Part shown: one piece after another, positions 9,639-21,699 of the stretch | Position numbering within the stretch: position 1 is the first letter of the stretch | Layout of the letters: each line of letters begins with the position of its first letter | NCBI GenBank assembly: GCA_043228905.1 | Contig: JBHGNT010000053.1 | Coordinates: forward strand, 1 to 64,000 | Direction: 5' to 3' | Length of the DNA: 64,000 bases | From: Azolla caroliniana | Lineage: Eukaryota > Plantae > Polypodiophyta | The notes under the pieces: model-generated | Database searches by the model: none | What the model was told of the DNA's origin: nothing | Seen by the model: only the letters and a program-made list of their open reading frames with translations | Made by a program: the position numbers and the translations under genes

Positions 9639-9954
9639 TCTACTATTATGAGTTAACCAAGATATCTAGTACTAGTTATGTATGTAATTGTTCCTTATTA
9701 TTTTGCTAGCATCATGTGCATAGTTGCTCCCTTGTAGTATTTACACTTGGCACATGCATGCATACCTACATGCTCTATTGTAGATTCACATGCGTGCAAC
9801 AAGTATGCATGCCATGTAGTATAAATAGAGGAGTTCACCTTGAAGGAATTCAAGGTGAACAACACCAGTTATGGAGTCTTTCCTTTAGTACTATATTCTT
9901 TCTTGTCCATTTGGTTATCTTCTTCGTTGTCTCTTGAGTTTATGATCCGTGACA
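9602..9954 (+). repeat. 3' LTR of A2 (353 bp)
   Basis: TGTCA...TGACA, followed by CCTAT (candidate TSD half). Confidence 0.95.
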
Positions 9955-10322
9955 CCTATTAGGCCGACTCGAGATGCATCAGTGGGATATCAGGAAGGAT
10001 GCATCTGGATGACTAAGCGTACCTGATTAAGGAATCCCCAGAATTGCGATCGCGTTCCATCAAATTTCACAGGAAGTCCAATCTTGGGCTCTTTATGAAA
10101 TCCTTAGGGACTTGATCCTTGTTGTTGCAACGCTGCTTCGAGTTGTTGTACCTGTAACGCTAACTCCCCATGTTGTTGTTGCGTTTGTTGTTTTTCTAGA
10201 GCGATTTGTTGCAGATCCCCTATCAATTGTTGGTTTTCTTGTTCCAGGGCAACAAACTTTTCTTTTAGGCACTGTAGCTCGGAGAAAACGGATTGGTATT
10301 CTTGGGCGCTAACAGTAGCCAT
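9955..10322 (-). pseudogene. gag: gag fragment of element B with two nonsense codons
   Basis: Stops at 10104-10106 (TAA) and 9990-9992 (TGA), both compatible with C>T changes; truncated at the A2 LTR. Confidence 0.85.
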
Positions 10323-10392
10323 AGTATAGGGAAAAGGGTAGGAGGATGAGGGAGAGTGACAAGTAGGCTGGAGGAGAAAATTGGTTCAAACT

Positions 10393-10566
10393 GTCAGGAA
10401 TAGTACTAAAACAGAGATGGAATTAGTACTAAAGAAGAGTAGTACTATTAGTCAGGAATAGTACTAAAACAGAGATGGAATTAGTACTAAAGAAGAGTAG
10501 TACTATTAGTCAGGAATAGTACTAAAACAGAGATGGAATTAGTACTAAAGAAGAGTAGTACTATTA
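10393..10566. repeat. 3 x 58-bp perfect tandem repeat at the U5 end of LTR B
   Basis: Unit GTCAGGAATAGTACTAAAACAGAGATGGAATTAGTACTAAAGAAGAGTAGTACTATTA starts at 10393, 10451 and 10509. Confidence 0.95.
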
Positions 10567-10950
10567 GTACTAAGGGGGACGGGACTACGTAAGACTCCCG
10601 AGAGAGGAAGTGAGAAGAGGAGAGAGAGATATCGAGAATGAGAGAGAGAGAGAGATGATGACAACGGCTAATATATTATGTGAAAGATAAGTACAAAGCG
10701 GCGAAGAGGATTAAGACTGGTGTTGAACCAATTTGGTTCAAAACAATGCCTTGTGCCTCCTTTTATAGCGTTTCTAGGAATAAGCCTGAAGCTTCTAGAA
10801 TGTTCCAGAGAGATCTGGAATATACATCAATTTTCTATGATAAAACATAAATGAAAATAATATCCTACAAATTACAATTCATAGTCTAATGGTAGTAGCT
10901 CGACCCATGTAGCATAAGGTCATGGGTTCGAGTCTTGCCATATCATGACA

Positions 10951-13900
10951 GGTGCATCCGGATCTGATTGTACCCGCTAAATTCGTCTAGAAAGCTATAG
11001 ACCTCATGGCCGGCGACGGCATCCAACACTCCATCTGTGAACGGAAGTGGAAACGCATCCATTACCGTAGCCGCATTGAGTTTCCGGTAGTCCACACAAA
11101 TTCGAATTTTTCCGTTCTTCTTCGGTACGACTACGATCGGGTTCAACCATGTCGCTTTCTTTACCGGACGGATAAAGCCAACTCTTAGCAGTTTGTCGAT
11201 TTCCTCCTTGACTTTGGCGGCATAATTGGGATTCATCCGGTACCGTCTTTGTGCCACTGGTTTTGCATCCTTGCTCAAGTGAATCTGATGCTGGTATAAC
11301 TGAGGGTCGAGCCCTCGCATGTCTTCGTATGACCAGGCAAACACGTCACGAAATTCCGTGAGAAGTGTGATCATCGTGTTTTGTCTTCGGACTTCATCTC
11401 CTTGGCGATGTGCACCGGTTTTGCTTCGTCCGTGGTCCCTAGGTTCACCTCTTCAAGTTGAGACGCTTTTACGCGCTGTGAAACGGCCATTTCCCGTTCC
11501 AACGCTTCCTGCGCTTGTCGTAACTCTCGGATTGCATCCTTATCCGGTTCTGCTTCAGTCTCTTCCGGCTGCGGTAAGTATGGTGCTACTGCTTCGGTAA
11601 TGTCAATTTCGAAGAGGGGTACGATCTTCGGGTTTTCCTACAAGTACTGAGCTTCTTCTTCATCAGCTAACCCTTCTAGCATGTTGACGCACTCTGCATA
11701 CAACGGTGTACATTCCTTGCCAATGCTCGTCCTTGGCTGTGTTGGTACCCATACCTTGGCTTTTCCTCGCCGGAAGGTAATTATATTTTTCCTCCAATTC
11801 TGTTTGATATGTGCCATTTTCAACCACGCCCGCCCCAGCAATAGCGGGTATGCGCCTTGTGCCTGTAATTGTAGCACTACTGCCGAAATGTGAAATGTAT
11901 GACCGCCAACGGTGACTTCTAATTTTCGTATTAATCCTGTTGGCCGCACTAAGCTTGTATCGGCCATCCGTAACCAGAACGGACACGGCTCCCACTCGTG
12001 GATTCCCAAGGCATCACACGTCCGGAGGCTTATTACATTCACACCGGAGCCTCCGTCTATTACTGTGTCGGGGAGTTCTTTCCCTTTTACAATGGCAGTA
12101 ATTACCGGACTGTTGGTGTCCACCACCGTTGGTCCCTCCTCCGGATTCGAGAAGAGTACCGGTGCCAGTGATGATTCTCCTTCCGTCCTGGCTGTCTTCA
12201 ATCCTTCCGTGAATCTTGGCACGAGCTGTAGGAGTCTTCCTAGTGGCAGCGTAATCTGGCATTCTTGCAACGCCTGCCATGTCTCGTTCTCGGAGTGACT
12301 GCCGCCGGCAAGCCCTACGGTGTTCTCCTTTTGCCACTCTAAGTCTGTTACGTTTTGCTTGTTTGCTTTCTTCACCCATTCCGTCGCTTGCTTCCGGATG
12401 GTCTCCTGCGTCTCCCATTCCTTGGCCATGCCCTTCGACCTTGTGGTCACCTGCTGTAGATCTGCCACTTCAGGGACTACCATATTTACTGCCGGTCATT
12501 TGTCATAGCTCTTCACCGGGCATTGATTACTATAATGGCCTTCCTGTCGGCAGTAGTAGCAGTAGGTTTTCCGGGTATTGCTGGATTCGACATTGTTTGT
12601 TGTATCCGGGGCAGGTCCTGTGGTAAGCGCGGGGTTTTGGGCCGGTTGGCTGCTTGAAGCTCCTTGTTCCGGATCCCGTGGGTGGCCGCCTTTTTTGAAA
12701 TGTCGTTTTTTGTTATAGTTCTTCTTATTGCGGTACTCTTGACGAGGTTGGTCGTTATATCTGCCGTATTCCTCCCATTGCTGACGATACCCGGGGGAGT
12801 GCTCCCGGTCGTAATGTTCGTATCGTCTATTGTAATCCTGGTACCGATCATATCTATCGTACCGGTCGTAGTTATCACGCCGATCACCGTACCGAACATC
12901 ATTCTCCCGTCGATCGCCATACCAGACATCTTGTGCCGGTCGGTCGCGGTCCATTCGCCGCCAGCGTTCCTCTTCTTCATCCCGACTGCTATGTGGCTCT
13001 ATTTGTCGGACGGGCGATGCTTGCCGGTTCAATAGATTATACTCGCACCTATTCATCATATGGCCCTTGGATTGACAGATTACACATTGCGTCCTCATAG
13101 TGCATTCTAGTGTCGAGTGTCCGGAATTCAAGCAGGTTGTGCACTGTATTGCTTGCCGAAACCGGAGGTCTTCATCGGACAGTAACGCCCGTTGGAGTGC
13201 TCCCAGTGTGAGCTAGGAGCTTGTGTTTTCCATCTCTCACCCGGTCAATGACCTGGTCGATGGTACTTGCACAGAAGTCAATTACCGTGCAAACCGTGCG
13301 TAGGGGTTTCCGGAGCACATTTAGGAATATAGTCCGTAATTCCTCCTCCGGGGGTGCGCGGGCAAGCTGACTATGCATCCGTTGAAACCGGATGACAAAC
13401 TGGGGAATGCTCTCCCCTGCCTCCTGTCGGATGGTATAAAATAAGCCCACCATTACTATCTGGTCCACCTCCCTTTGGAAAAAATGCAAGAATTTAGCTT
13501 TAAAATCTGCGAAGGTGGTGATGGTAGACGGGTCATGCGTCCGGCGCCATCTTGCTGTCGGTCCCTCCAATGTGACGCCAAATTCCGCTATCTTAGAGCG
13601 TTCCTCTTCCTCCGGGGTCAATCGTTGGGACACATGGTTTGCTTCCCATGTCTGTTCAAAGGCGTGAACATGAGCTTCCGCGTCCGGATCATCTCTATAC
13701 TTGGAGTACTGGAACGGCATGTCGTCGTCCGGTACCGGTGCGCGGGTTGGTGGTGTTGGTGGTCGTTCCTGGTTTTTCTCCGGCGTCGGTGGTCTTTCCT
13801 GATTTGTCTCTGGCGTCGGTGGTCTTTCATCTTCTTTTGGTGACGGAGGCCTCTCCTCCTCGACTTCCGGTGTCGGAGGTCGCTCTTCCTCTGCTTCTGG

Positions 13901-14798
13901 TTCCGGAGGTTCCAGCCTTAGCATTTCCAATTCCTGTGTCGGTAAGGTGTCTGATCCTTCGTCCCCCGGTCCGCCCGGGGTGTCGTTGCTGCTACGGTAG
14001 TTCGTGTGCACGTTGTATCCCCCTTCGGAATCCGATTCATACGCTGAAAAGGCTTCTGCTTCGCCTTCTCTGCTTGCCAACGCCTGGAGAAGGGATTCGG
14101 TTTCCAGGAGGCTTATTAGGCTGCTGTCATCATCCGGGTGCGATGTTTGCTGTAACCGGAGGGACTCCTCCGCTACTCTCCAGATTACGTTGGAAAACGA
14201 GCGATCCGCTGTAATTTCTTGTGCCGCTTGCTGGAAAGCCTCACGTCTCCTTTGCCTTTCGGCAGTGCGTCGAGTTCGATCTATAACCAGGTCGTGCGTT
14301 GATCTAGTCATCCATTTGTGCCGTCGTTCATTGCAAAAACAGGAATCGTGGTCGCCAAAAACTGTGTTAACTCTTAGGGCCGGACAATGGCCTAACACAG
14401 GGTGTCTACGGAAGACACTTCACCAAAGGGGTGTTACGGCAAGAGGATTAGGCTCAACGATTAATCCGACTTAATTAGGCTACTTAGCAAGATCGTCCTT
14501 AATAATCACACGCGTAAGATATAACAATGAATGCAGAACGACAATTAACACATAGAGATAAAAACACTAAGCTTCATTAATTATCCGCTGCCCATTACAT
14601 TGTATCCGGGCCTTTAAATAGGTTTCCGGTTTTTAATACAAAACGGTGCCATCCGCACCTGTTCGGGATCGGTCTGGATCCGGAACGGCATACCGATTCC
14701 GGTCCGTCCGCCCACACTAATAGCTTACTTACAACCATTCCTAATAATTAAATAACTCCTTCGTTTCACACTCTGGACTCCTTTGCCGGCCGGTAACA
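10951..14798 (-). mobile_element. Degenerate non-chromovirus Ty3/Gypsy element C (5' LTR, gag, zinc knuckles, protease, RT N-terminus), cut by insertion of B
   Basis: LTR 14432-14798 (TGTTAC...GTAACA); gag from ATG 14311; three CCHC knuckles (about 12500-13145); protease VIDGGSG (11638-12483); RT PIVVVPKKNGKIRICVDYRKLN...FSGYNQI ending at 10951; several stops and frameshifts. Confidence 0.88.
14432..14798 (-). repeat. 5' LTR of element C (367 bp)
   Basis: 6-bp terminal inverted repeat TGTTAC/GTAACA, directly upstream of the gag leader. Confidence 0.75.
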
Positions 14799-15625
14799 CC
14801 GACTACTACCAATGGTCACGAGGCCTCAATGTCGGAGCAATGTTCTCAATACCACCTTGTCCTCTCTTTAAATGACCGGTAAGTGAGCTGGTTGGATCCT
14901 TTAACACCCAAGCTCCCAAAGGCAAAAGTTGATGCTCCCCCAAAATGCCAAAATACCAAAGTTGAAATGAAGAGCTCTTCCTTATCCCCAAGCCAACTCA
15001 AAACGCCCCAAAAGTAGAACCTAAATGAGTTCCCTTGCACTTTTTGTATGAAGAGAGAGGTGCCTCATTTTGCATTAAATGCAAACTACCCCACTTTGTA
15101 TTAAAAAAAAAGAAAAATAGAGAATAATTCTTTAATTCGCACTGATGATGATTCAAATTCTATGCCCTTTGTAGTCTACCTTCAAAATTTCCCCTTTCGT
15201 CATATAAGCCATCCTCGTGACTCGATGCTTGGTCGTTGTCGTGTTCTTCTTCTCCAATGACATTGAGGATTTGCTTGCCTCTCTGCCGCTCCTTGAAGAT
15301 CTTAACTTGTTTGCCTGGCCAGTACTACTAGCCTTGTTTCGTCGAGTTCGGTGAGGTGGTAGGTGGCATTGTCATTTGTGCATGTCACAATGTATAGTCT
15401 AAACCATGAGATTGCAAACTTCCTCATTGAATTGTATCGATTGTCGAGGTTATTGTTGTACACGATCACGTAGTCAAATCAATGTGTCTTGTCGAATTTG
15501 CCTTTGTTTTATACTTGTGTTGTCTTTAATTGTCCCAATGCCAACTCCAAGTCTTATAGCCTTCTCTCGAGTTGTCTTATCCTTGTTGCCATAAGCGCTA
15601 TGTCATATGTTTGAAAGTCTCTCAT

Positions 15626-15627
<2 letters not shown>

Positions 15628-15678
<51 letters not shown>
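15628..15678. repeat. (CT)n microsatellite
   Basis: Direct reading. Confidence 0.95.
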
Positions 15679-15681
<3 letters not shown>

Positions 15682-16196
15682 TTTGTTCTTCTTTTTCGTA
15701 GGTGAAGGCAGGGCAGGTCAGAACAAAAAAGGGAGTTTTTAGATATATGTTTCGTAGTCGGTGGATGGGGCTCTCTTGGTATCTCTCTTGTTTTTGTTGT
15801 TCTTGTTGGCAGGGCAAAAAGAGGAGTGTTTTTAGCTACATATATGTTTCCTAATGGATGGATGAACTTATTCGGTAGGACAGGACAAAAAGGCAGTTTT
15901 AGATATGTTTCCTTATATGTACATAGATGAATTCTCTGGATACATAGATAGATCGATAGATTAGGGCAGAGGGCAAAAAAGAAGTTTAAAGATATGTTTC
16001 TTGAGAGCTCCAACTTTGGCCCACCACAAGTCAATTCTACTTCTTCATTTTGTTGTAGAGAAATCAAAAGCCTTCTTTACATGCCAAATCCAATGCAAGA
16101 TATGAATTTGGTTGATTTGGACAAAGCAAAAAAGAAGGAAAGAGTGGGAGCAGCGGAATTCGGAGCTGTGTAGTGGAGTTGTATGTATAATGTAAC

Positions 16197-16236
16197 ACAC
16201 AGCCACAGCCACAGCCACAGCCACAGCCACAGCCAC
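16197..16236. repeat. (CACAGC)n hexamer repeat in the SF3A3 promoter/5' leader
   Basis: Direct reading. Confidence 0.9.
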
Positions 16237-16310
16237 AACAGGAACGAACGAAAGCGCAGAGGTTTATTTAGTATTAGGGTTTCCTTTCCTGCTCTGTGTA
16301 AGTCGTCGTC

Positions 16311-19300
16311 ATGTCTGGGACACTGTTGGAGCAGACCCGTGCGGATCACGAGGAAGTAGAGCGGTTGGAGAGGTTGATTGTCAAGGATCTGCAGCGCGAG
16401 GTGAGGACGCAGAAAGAGCGGCTCCATCAGAACCACCGTGTCAGGAACATGCTCGACAGCATCATGCTCACATCCTCTCGCCTAGTAAGTCTCTCTCTCT
16501 TTCTCTCTCTCTCCCTCTCTCTCCCTCTCTCTCACTCACACAGAGGAAGAAAGAATGAAAAGAATCCCTTTCTTTTTATGGAACTCTCATCCTTCCGCTT
16601 ATATATTTCATTTTGTTCTCCTTCCCTTCGGTTCATCATTGTAAACCATCTTTTGGCGTCTTTCCTCTAATAAGTGTGCTTATTACTTCTTGCAGATAGA
16701 TATATATGAAGACAAGGATCACGCCCGGCAAGATGAGGTGGCTTTGTTGGGAGGTCAAGGTGCTGGCGGCCAGAATGTGTTTAGTGTCTTCTATGATCGC
16801 CTAAAAGAGGTAGGATGCATCTATAAGTTAGAGTTAAATGATGTATGCAAAAGATTATATTAGGTAATGGTTATAGCATTCTTCTACCACTAGGCAGTGT
16901 ACATCAATATGCGGTCTTTATATATGGCTTGCAAGCATTATGGTTGGCAATGATGGTGACAATAGGTATAGATAGCACGCATCAATTACTAGTCTTCAAT
17001 GAATCTGCTAAAGGTTATGCTAGACAGCCATGTCAGCACTATTAAGTGGAAAGCTTCATCCAGTAGTTCATTCGTATATATGCTAAAAGTAATCCTTTGC
17101 AATGATGCTGATGAGATGTCAAAGAATTCTCAATGTTGTTTGGAGCAAGATTTCTGGAAGGGATTTCTTTGAGCAAGAGATTAAGGAAGCAGCTGAAATA
17201 TGGCCTAGATGACGTGGAGAGAATGGAATGAGAGAGAGTTATATTCTGCGCTAGATCTCATAAATTATGGTTTGCGGCTGGATTACAGATTTTGACTGCT
17301 CACTTTCTCGGATCAGCATTATTTAGCAAGCTCAGTGATAAAGAAATGCAGATGGATTCTGTAAATTACCTTTTGTATCTAAATAATCATTTTATATACT
17401 TCATTTTTTCTGAGGAGAGTTTTACATGCCAAGATTAGAGAGGAAGGCAATAGATGGAATTTGTGAAATCTGATTTATGTCTGCATAATTGAAGTTTGAA
17501 GGGCTTGCAAGTTTCCCTAAGACAAAGCATGTGGCCGAGGAGTCTGTCAATGTAGGCTTCCAGTGTTGCTCTATAAAGTGAGCATTGATATTAAGTTCAT
17601 ATGACACCTAAACTAGTAATGATCTAGTAATTTGGCACCCTCGTCACATGTCCAGCGTTCATTCTTATCCAGCATGTTTCAATGGTCTTTATGTTGAAAG
17701 CGTGGGGGCTGATTTCCTCAGTATTTCCTGCTAACTGCACATGTGAAAACTGATTTTTTACTGATAGTTTTCTTTAATCTTGAGCTGATGCAGATTCGTG
17801 AATATCATAGACGTCATCCTAATGCTAAGATGATCGATGCAGGAGATGATCCTGAGGAGTTGCTCAAGGAGGAGCCTTGGGTGGACTTCAGTGGCGAGGT
17901 TTCTAGTCTATTTCTCACTATTAAATAATTGTGGTTGTAATAAACTTATGGTCGTTTCTATATGTGGTGTGACTTCTCTACTTTACGGATGTCTTCTTGC
18001 AGGAGGCCAATGGGAAGTACTTAGACATGCACGAGTTGTATAATCAATACTTGAACTATAAGTTCGGGCCTGCTATTGAGTATTCTGCATACCTAGAAGA
18101 ATTTCCTCAGACGCATAAGATTGCCCGTAAACACAAGCTCTCCAGGCATGTAAAGCCAACTATTTTATATGGGAATCATACATCACATGCATATGGGTAT
18201 GGAGCTATAAAAGTCTTAGCATTGAAGTGCCAAGTAAGATCATCTTTCTCTTTTGAGAACCCTAAACCCTAAAGAAATGGCATTGGGGTGGCCTTGTGCA
18301 GCTTGTACATGTCAAGGGAGGAACCTGGGAAATAAATGGGGAAATTTTGGGGCAAAACTGTGTTACATTCTACAATTTCAATGAAGTAGAACATAAAATA
18401 GACATGTAGGAACAGTGTATCATATGTGAAAAAAATGAATCATGTGGTTACTTTAAATACTATGAGTGGCATTTGCATTTGTAAAACGTCCACTATAAAC
18501 ATTTAACTTAATGTCTGATTAATGATTTCAACTCCTGACACTGAGTTTCTCCAATTGCAGCAAATATAGAAGCTATCTTTCAGATTTGACAGCATATCTT
18601 CAATCCTTTTTTGAGCGAACACAACCTCTACAAGATCTGGATAAAATTCTTTCCAAGGTCTGTTTCCAATCATTTATATTGAAACGCCTCTCATTGTTAC
18701 ATTAATGCTTAAATGTATGTTGTCTAGATCGAGATGGATTTTGAAGAACGTTGGGAAGCGGGCACGGTTCAAGGTTGGGAAGATAAAGATGGTCGATCCA
18801 ATGCTGATCAATCGACAATTGACATGGATGACTATGAAACAGTTGATGAACTTGTGGAACTGGGGCCTGAGAAACTTAAGCAGGTAACCTGTTGTAATGA
18901 CAATTTCTGAGTGAAGATAACCTCTCATTAAAGCTATTAGTTTACTTAATAGATGATTAATTATTTTAGATTTTCCTGTAGGCTTTGATGGCACTAGGAT
19001 TGAAGGCTGGTGGTACAGCCCAGCAAAGGGCAGAAAGGCTCTTCCTTACTAAGGTACGTTGCTTCTGAGTAATATTGACTAATTTTCTTAGATCCCTTCT
19101 AATTCCTACTTATTTTTACGTCTGTTTATGTTGTTTTTAGTATACCACCCTGGAAAATCTCAACCGCAAACATTTTGCTAATGTTAAGGGTGGTCCTGGA
19201 AAACCGGAAGACGTAAAAGCTTTCAGAGAAATAGCACTCCAAGAAGTAAAGATTCAACGCCTCTGTGAATTGCTTCATGAGGTATTATTATGGTGTTAAG

Positions 19301-21103
19301 TTCCTTAATGCTTCGACATCATGCTGTGTATTGCTTAAAATCTTGTTTGATTCTAGGCGATTGAAGAGACGAAGGCACATGTTGAAAAGAAGCAAGCTTT
19401 GACATATGAAGAAATGGAAGCAGAAAGGGAAGAGGTTCCTCCTCACTTTTTCTCAAGTTTGTCATTATGAGTTTTTCAGCTGCTGTAGTACTGGTGTTTT
19501 ATTTTTAGTTGATGTATCTAGGAGGAAGTGCAAGCAGAAAGTGACAGCGATGAAGAAGAGCAGCAAATTTATAATCCTCTCAAGCTGCCAATGGGTTGGG
19601 ATGGAAAACCTATCCCTTATTGGCTGTATAAACTACATGGATTAGGCCAGGTATGCTTTGCAATCTGAAAGGCACCTTCGCGTGCTACTTTTGCTATTAA
19701 ACACTTTAAAGCTATTACCATCATCATTTACAGAAGAACTGCTGAAATATCAAAAGCAAAGCCCACTATATGCACATATATATTTTTCACTATTGGCTGA
19801 CTAATCTCTAGCATGAGAATGAGTTGTGCAGTTAATCCTGTGTGTTCTGAATAGCAAGAAAATATAGAATGAAATTTATGTATAGATCATTTGAATAAAT
19901 CTTTGAAACGCTAATTAACTGCTTCTGTACACTATGTTATTATCGTTCAAATAAATTTAGTTTTCATATCCTTTTGATTTTGTCTAAATTAATTCACTAT
20001 ATATTTGCGAGTGCAAGAAAATATAGAATAGCATTTATGTAGAGGTATTTTAACTCAAATCATTGAAAGACCAATTAACACACCATCACATGATTTAAGT
20101 AAGTGTAATTTATTTAACATTCTTTGTATTCTTTCTTAATCTCTAGAATTGTCTGGAATACCTCATCCCTATCTTGCCGAGCATCCATCTTTGTGGAAAG
20201 CTCTATCACTGCTAGGCACTGTCAAACGTAACTTGTTCTCATAGGCTCCAACCGTTGGAATAGCTGGTACTGGTACCAAACATTTGAGAACCTTTTTGGA
20301 TTTTCAGCTTGTTATTTCTATTTATGAGTTAAAGACATGTATTTGAGAAGCTTAGAAAGTAATATTCTTCCATCACATGTTGGTCTGAGCCTTTTTCTTG
20401 CAATACTACTACTACTGTTATCTATATCTAGGTCATCTAGTGGTGATTCAAACTTGTATAAAATTTAGACCTTTCAGTGTATGTTACTGCAATAAATGTC
20501 TATCTTTTAAACCAAATTGATATCTTTCTATTTCCTTCTGTTCTGCTTCCCACTGCATGTTCTGGAAATATTTGCAGGAATTCAACTGCGAGATCTGTGG
20601 AAACAGTAGCTATTGGGGTCGGAGAGCTTTTGAAAGGCACTTCAAAGAGTGGAGACATCAGCATGGAATGCGTTGCCTTGGTATCCCCAATACAAAGAAC
20701 TTCCACGAAATAACGACCATTAAGGTGTTCTTTCTGTTGTTTGTATCAGGATATTTAGAAAGAGTTTGTACATTTTTAGGAATCTCAGCATAACATTAGT
20801 ACATGTTGCCATCGTGATGCCCTTTTCTGTTTGAAAGGGCCTAATAAAGCTGGTAGCTATTTCATATTCATCTTATGCAACATTCTTTGCATCTTGATAA
20901 CTTTTTTCTCTTTAATATATTATGTACTATGCTTCACGAAAACATTCCTATGACAGGATGCTCAGGCCTTGTGGGAGAGAATACAAGAAAGACAAGGAGT
21001 AAATAAGTGGCGGCCAGATTTAGAGGAAGAATATGAGGATCAAGAAGGAAATGTCTATAATAAGAAGACATATACAGATTTACAACGACAGGGTCTCATC
21101 TAA
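16311..21103 (+). CDS. SF3A3: Splicing factor 3A subunit 3 (SF3a60/PRP9/ATO), 12 exons, 500 aa
   Basis: Exons 16311-16484, 16696-16809, 17794-17898, 18003-18145, 18561-18657, 18728-18883, 18982-19053, 19141-19281, 19357-19434, 19522-19650, 20578-20724, 20957-21103 splice in frame (1503 nt). Motifs [25 protein letters not shown], zinc finger CEICGN..AFERHF..WRH, and C-terminal DLQRQGLI. Confidence 0.96.
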
Positions 21104-21699
21104 GTCCAATCCACTGCTTGATTTATTACATTCTCACCCTGTTGTGAAAAGGCTCGGCACATACATTGCCATTTCTCAATTAAGAAAAATGTAACTCATG
21201 ATCTTTATTAAAAGAATGCGAATGGCGAGTGACAATGAACATTTTTGTATGCAATGTTTTAATCACATGATGTGATTGTGAAGATGGCTGAATATGTTCG
21301 AGTCTAATTATTTGGACCAATGAATATTCACGTTATTTTATGAGATATCAATGCCAGATGGTTAAACAATCAAAAGGAAAATCTGTTGAATAATTAGTGC
21401 TAGACTTAAAAATACCTCCTAGTTTTGAGAATTCTACTATTCATAATATGGGTAAAAATTAGTACAATATTATTTTGATATATGTCATCACTATGTATCA
21501 AACTAGCACTATGAATTACAATGGAATCCTCTGAGGCACAGAAGATCGTGCTAATTATTAACACACATTCCGTATTTCCTACAACAATTTTCAGTAGGTG
21601 GTTCAATCTCTATTTGTCACCATCCTCAATCACCAACTCCAGAATTGAGAAATCTGGACTCGGCAATGTCAATTATACCTATATCCATGTGGTATGTAA

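Larger units (their letters stand above)
4663..9954 (+). mobile_element. Complete Ty3/Gypsy chromovirus, copy A2
   Basis: 5' LTR 4663-5015, PBS-position 11-mer 5018-5028, gag 5065-6081, pol 6087-9638, PPT, 3' LTR 9602-9954. The two LTRs agree at every site compared, so the insertion is very recent. Confidence 0.97.
9955..10950 (-). mobile_element. Older chromovirus B: 5' LTR (10392-10950), PBS and disrupted gag N-terminus, interrupted by the A tandem
   Basis: Minus-strand reading MATVSAQ...QGSSP*GFHKEPKIGLPVKFDGTRSQFWGFLNQVRLVIQMHPS*YPTDASRVGLIG aligns with A gag. LTR termini TGTCA...TGACA; TATAAAA at 10767-10761. Confidence 0.88.

Noticed and set aside
561-9651. Many short overlapping or antisense ORFs within the A elements
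   Set aside because: Expected by-products of GC-balanced coding sequence; their duplication simply reflects the two near-identical copies.
10393-10566. CRISPR-like array
   Set aside because: Units are contiguous with no unique spacers, lie inside an LTR, and there are no cas genes in this eukaryotic context.
15715-16002. CRISPR-like repeat-spacer pattern
   Set aside because: Repeats are too degenerate and variable in length; no cas genes.
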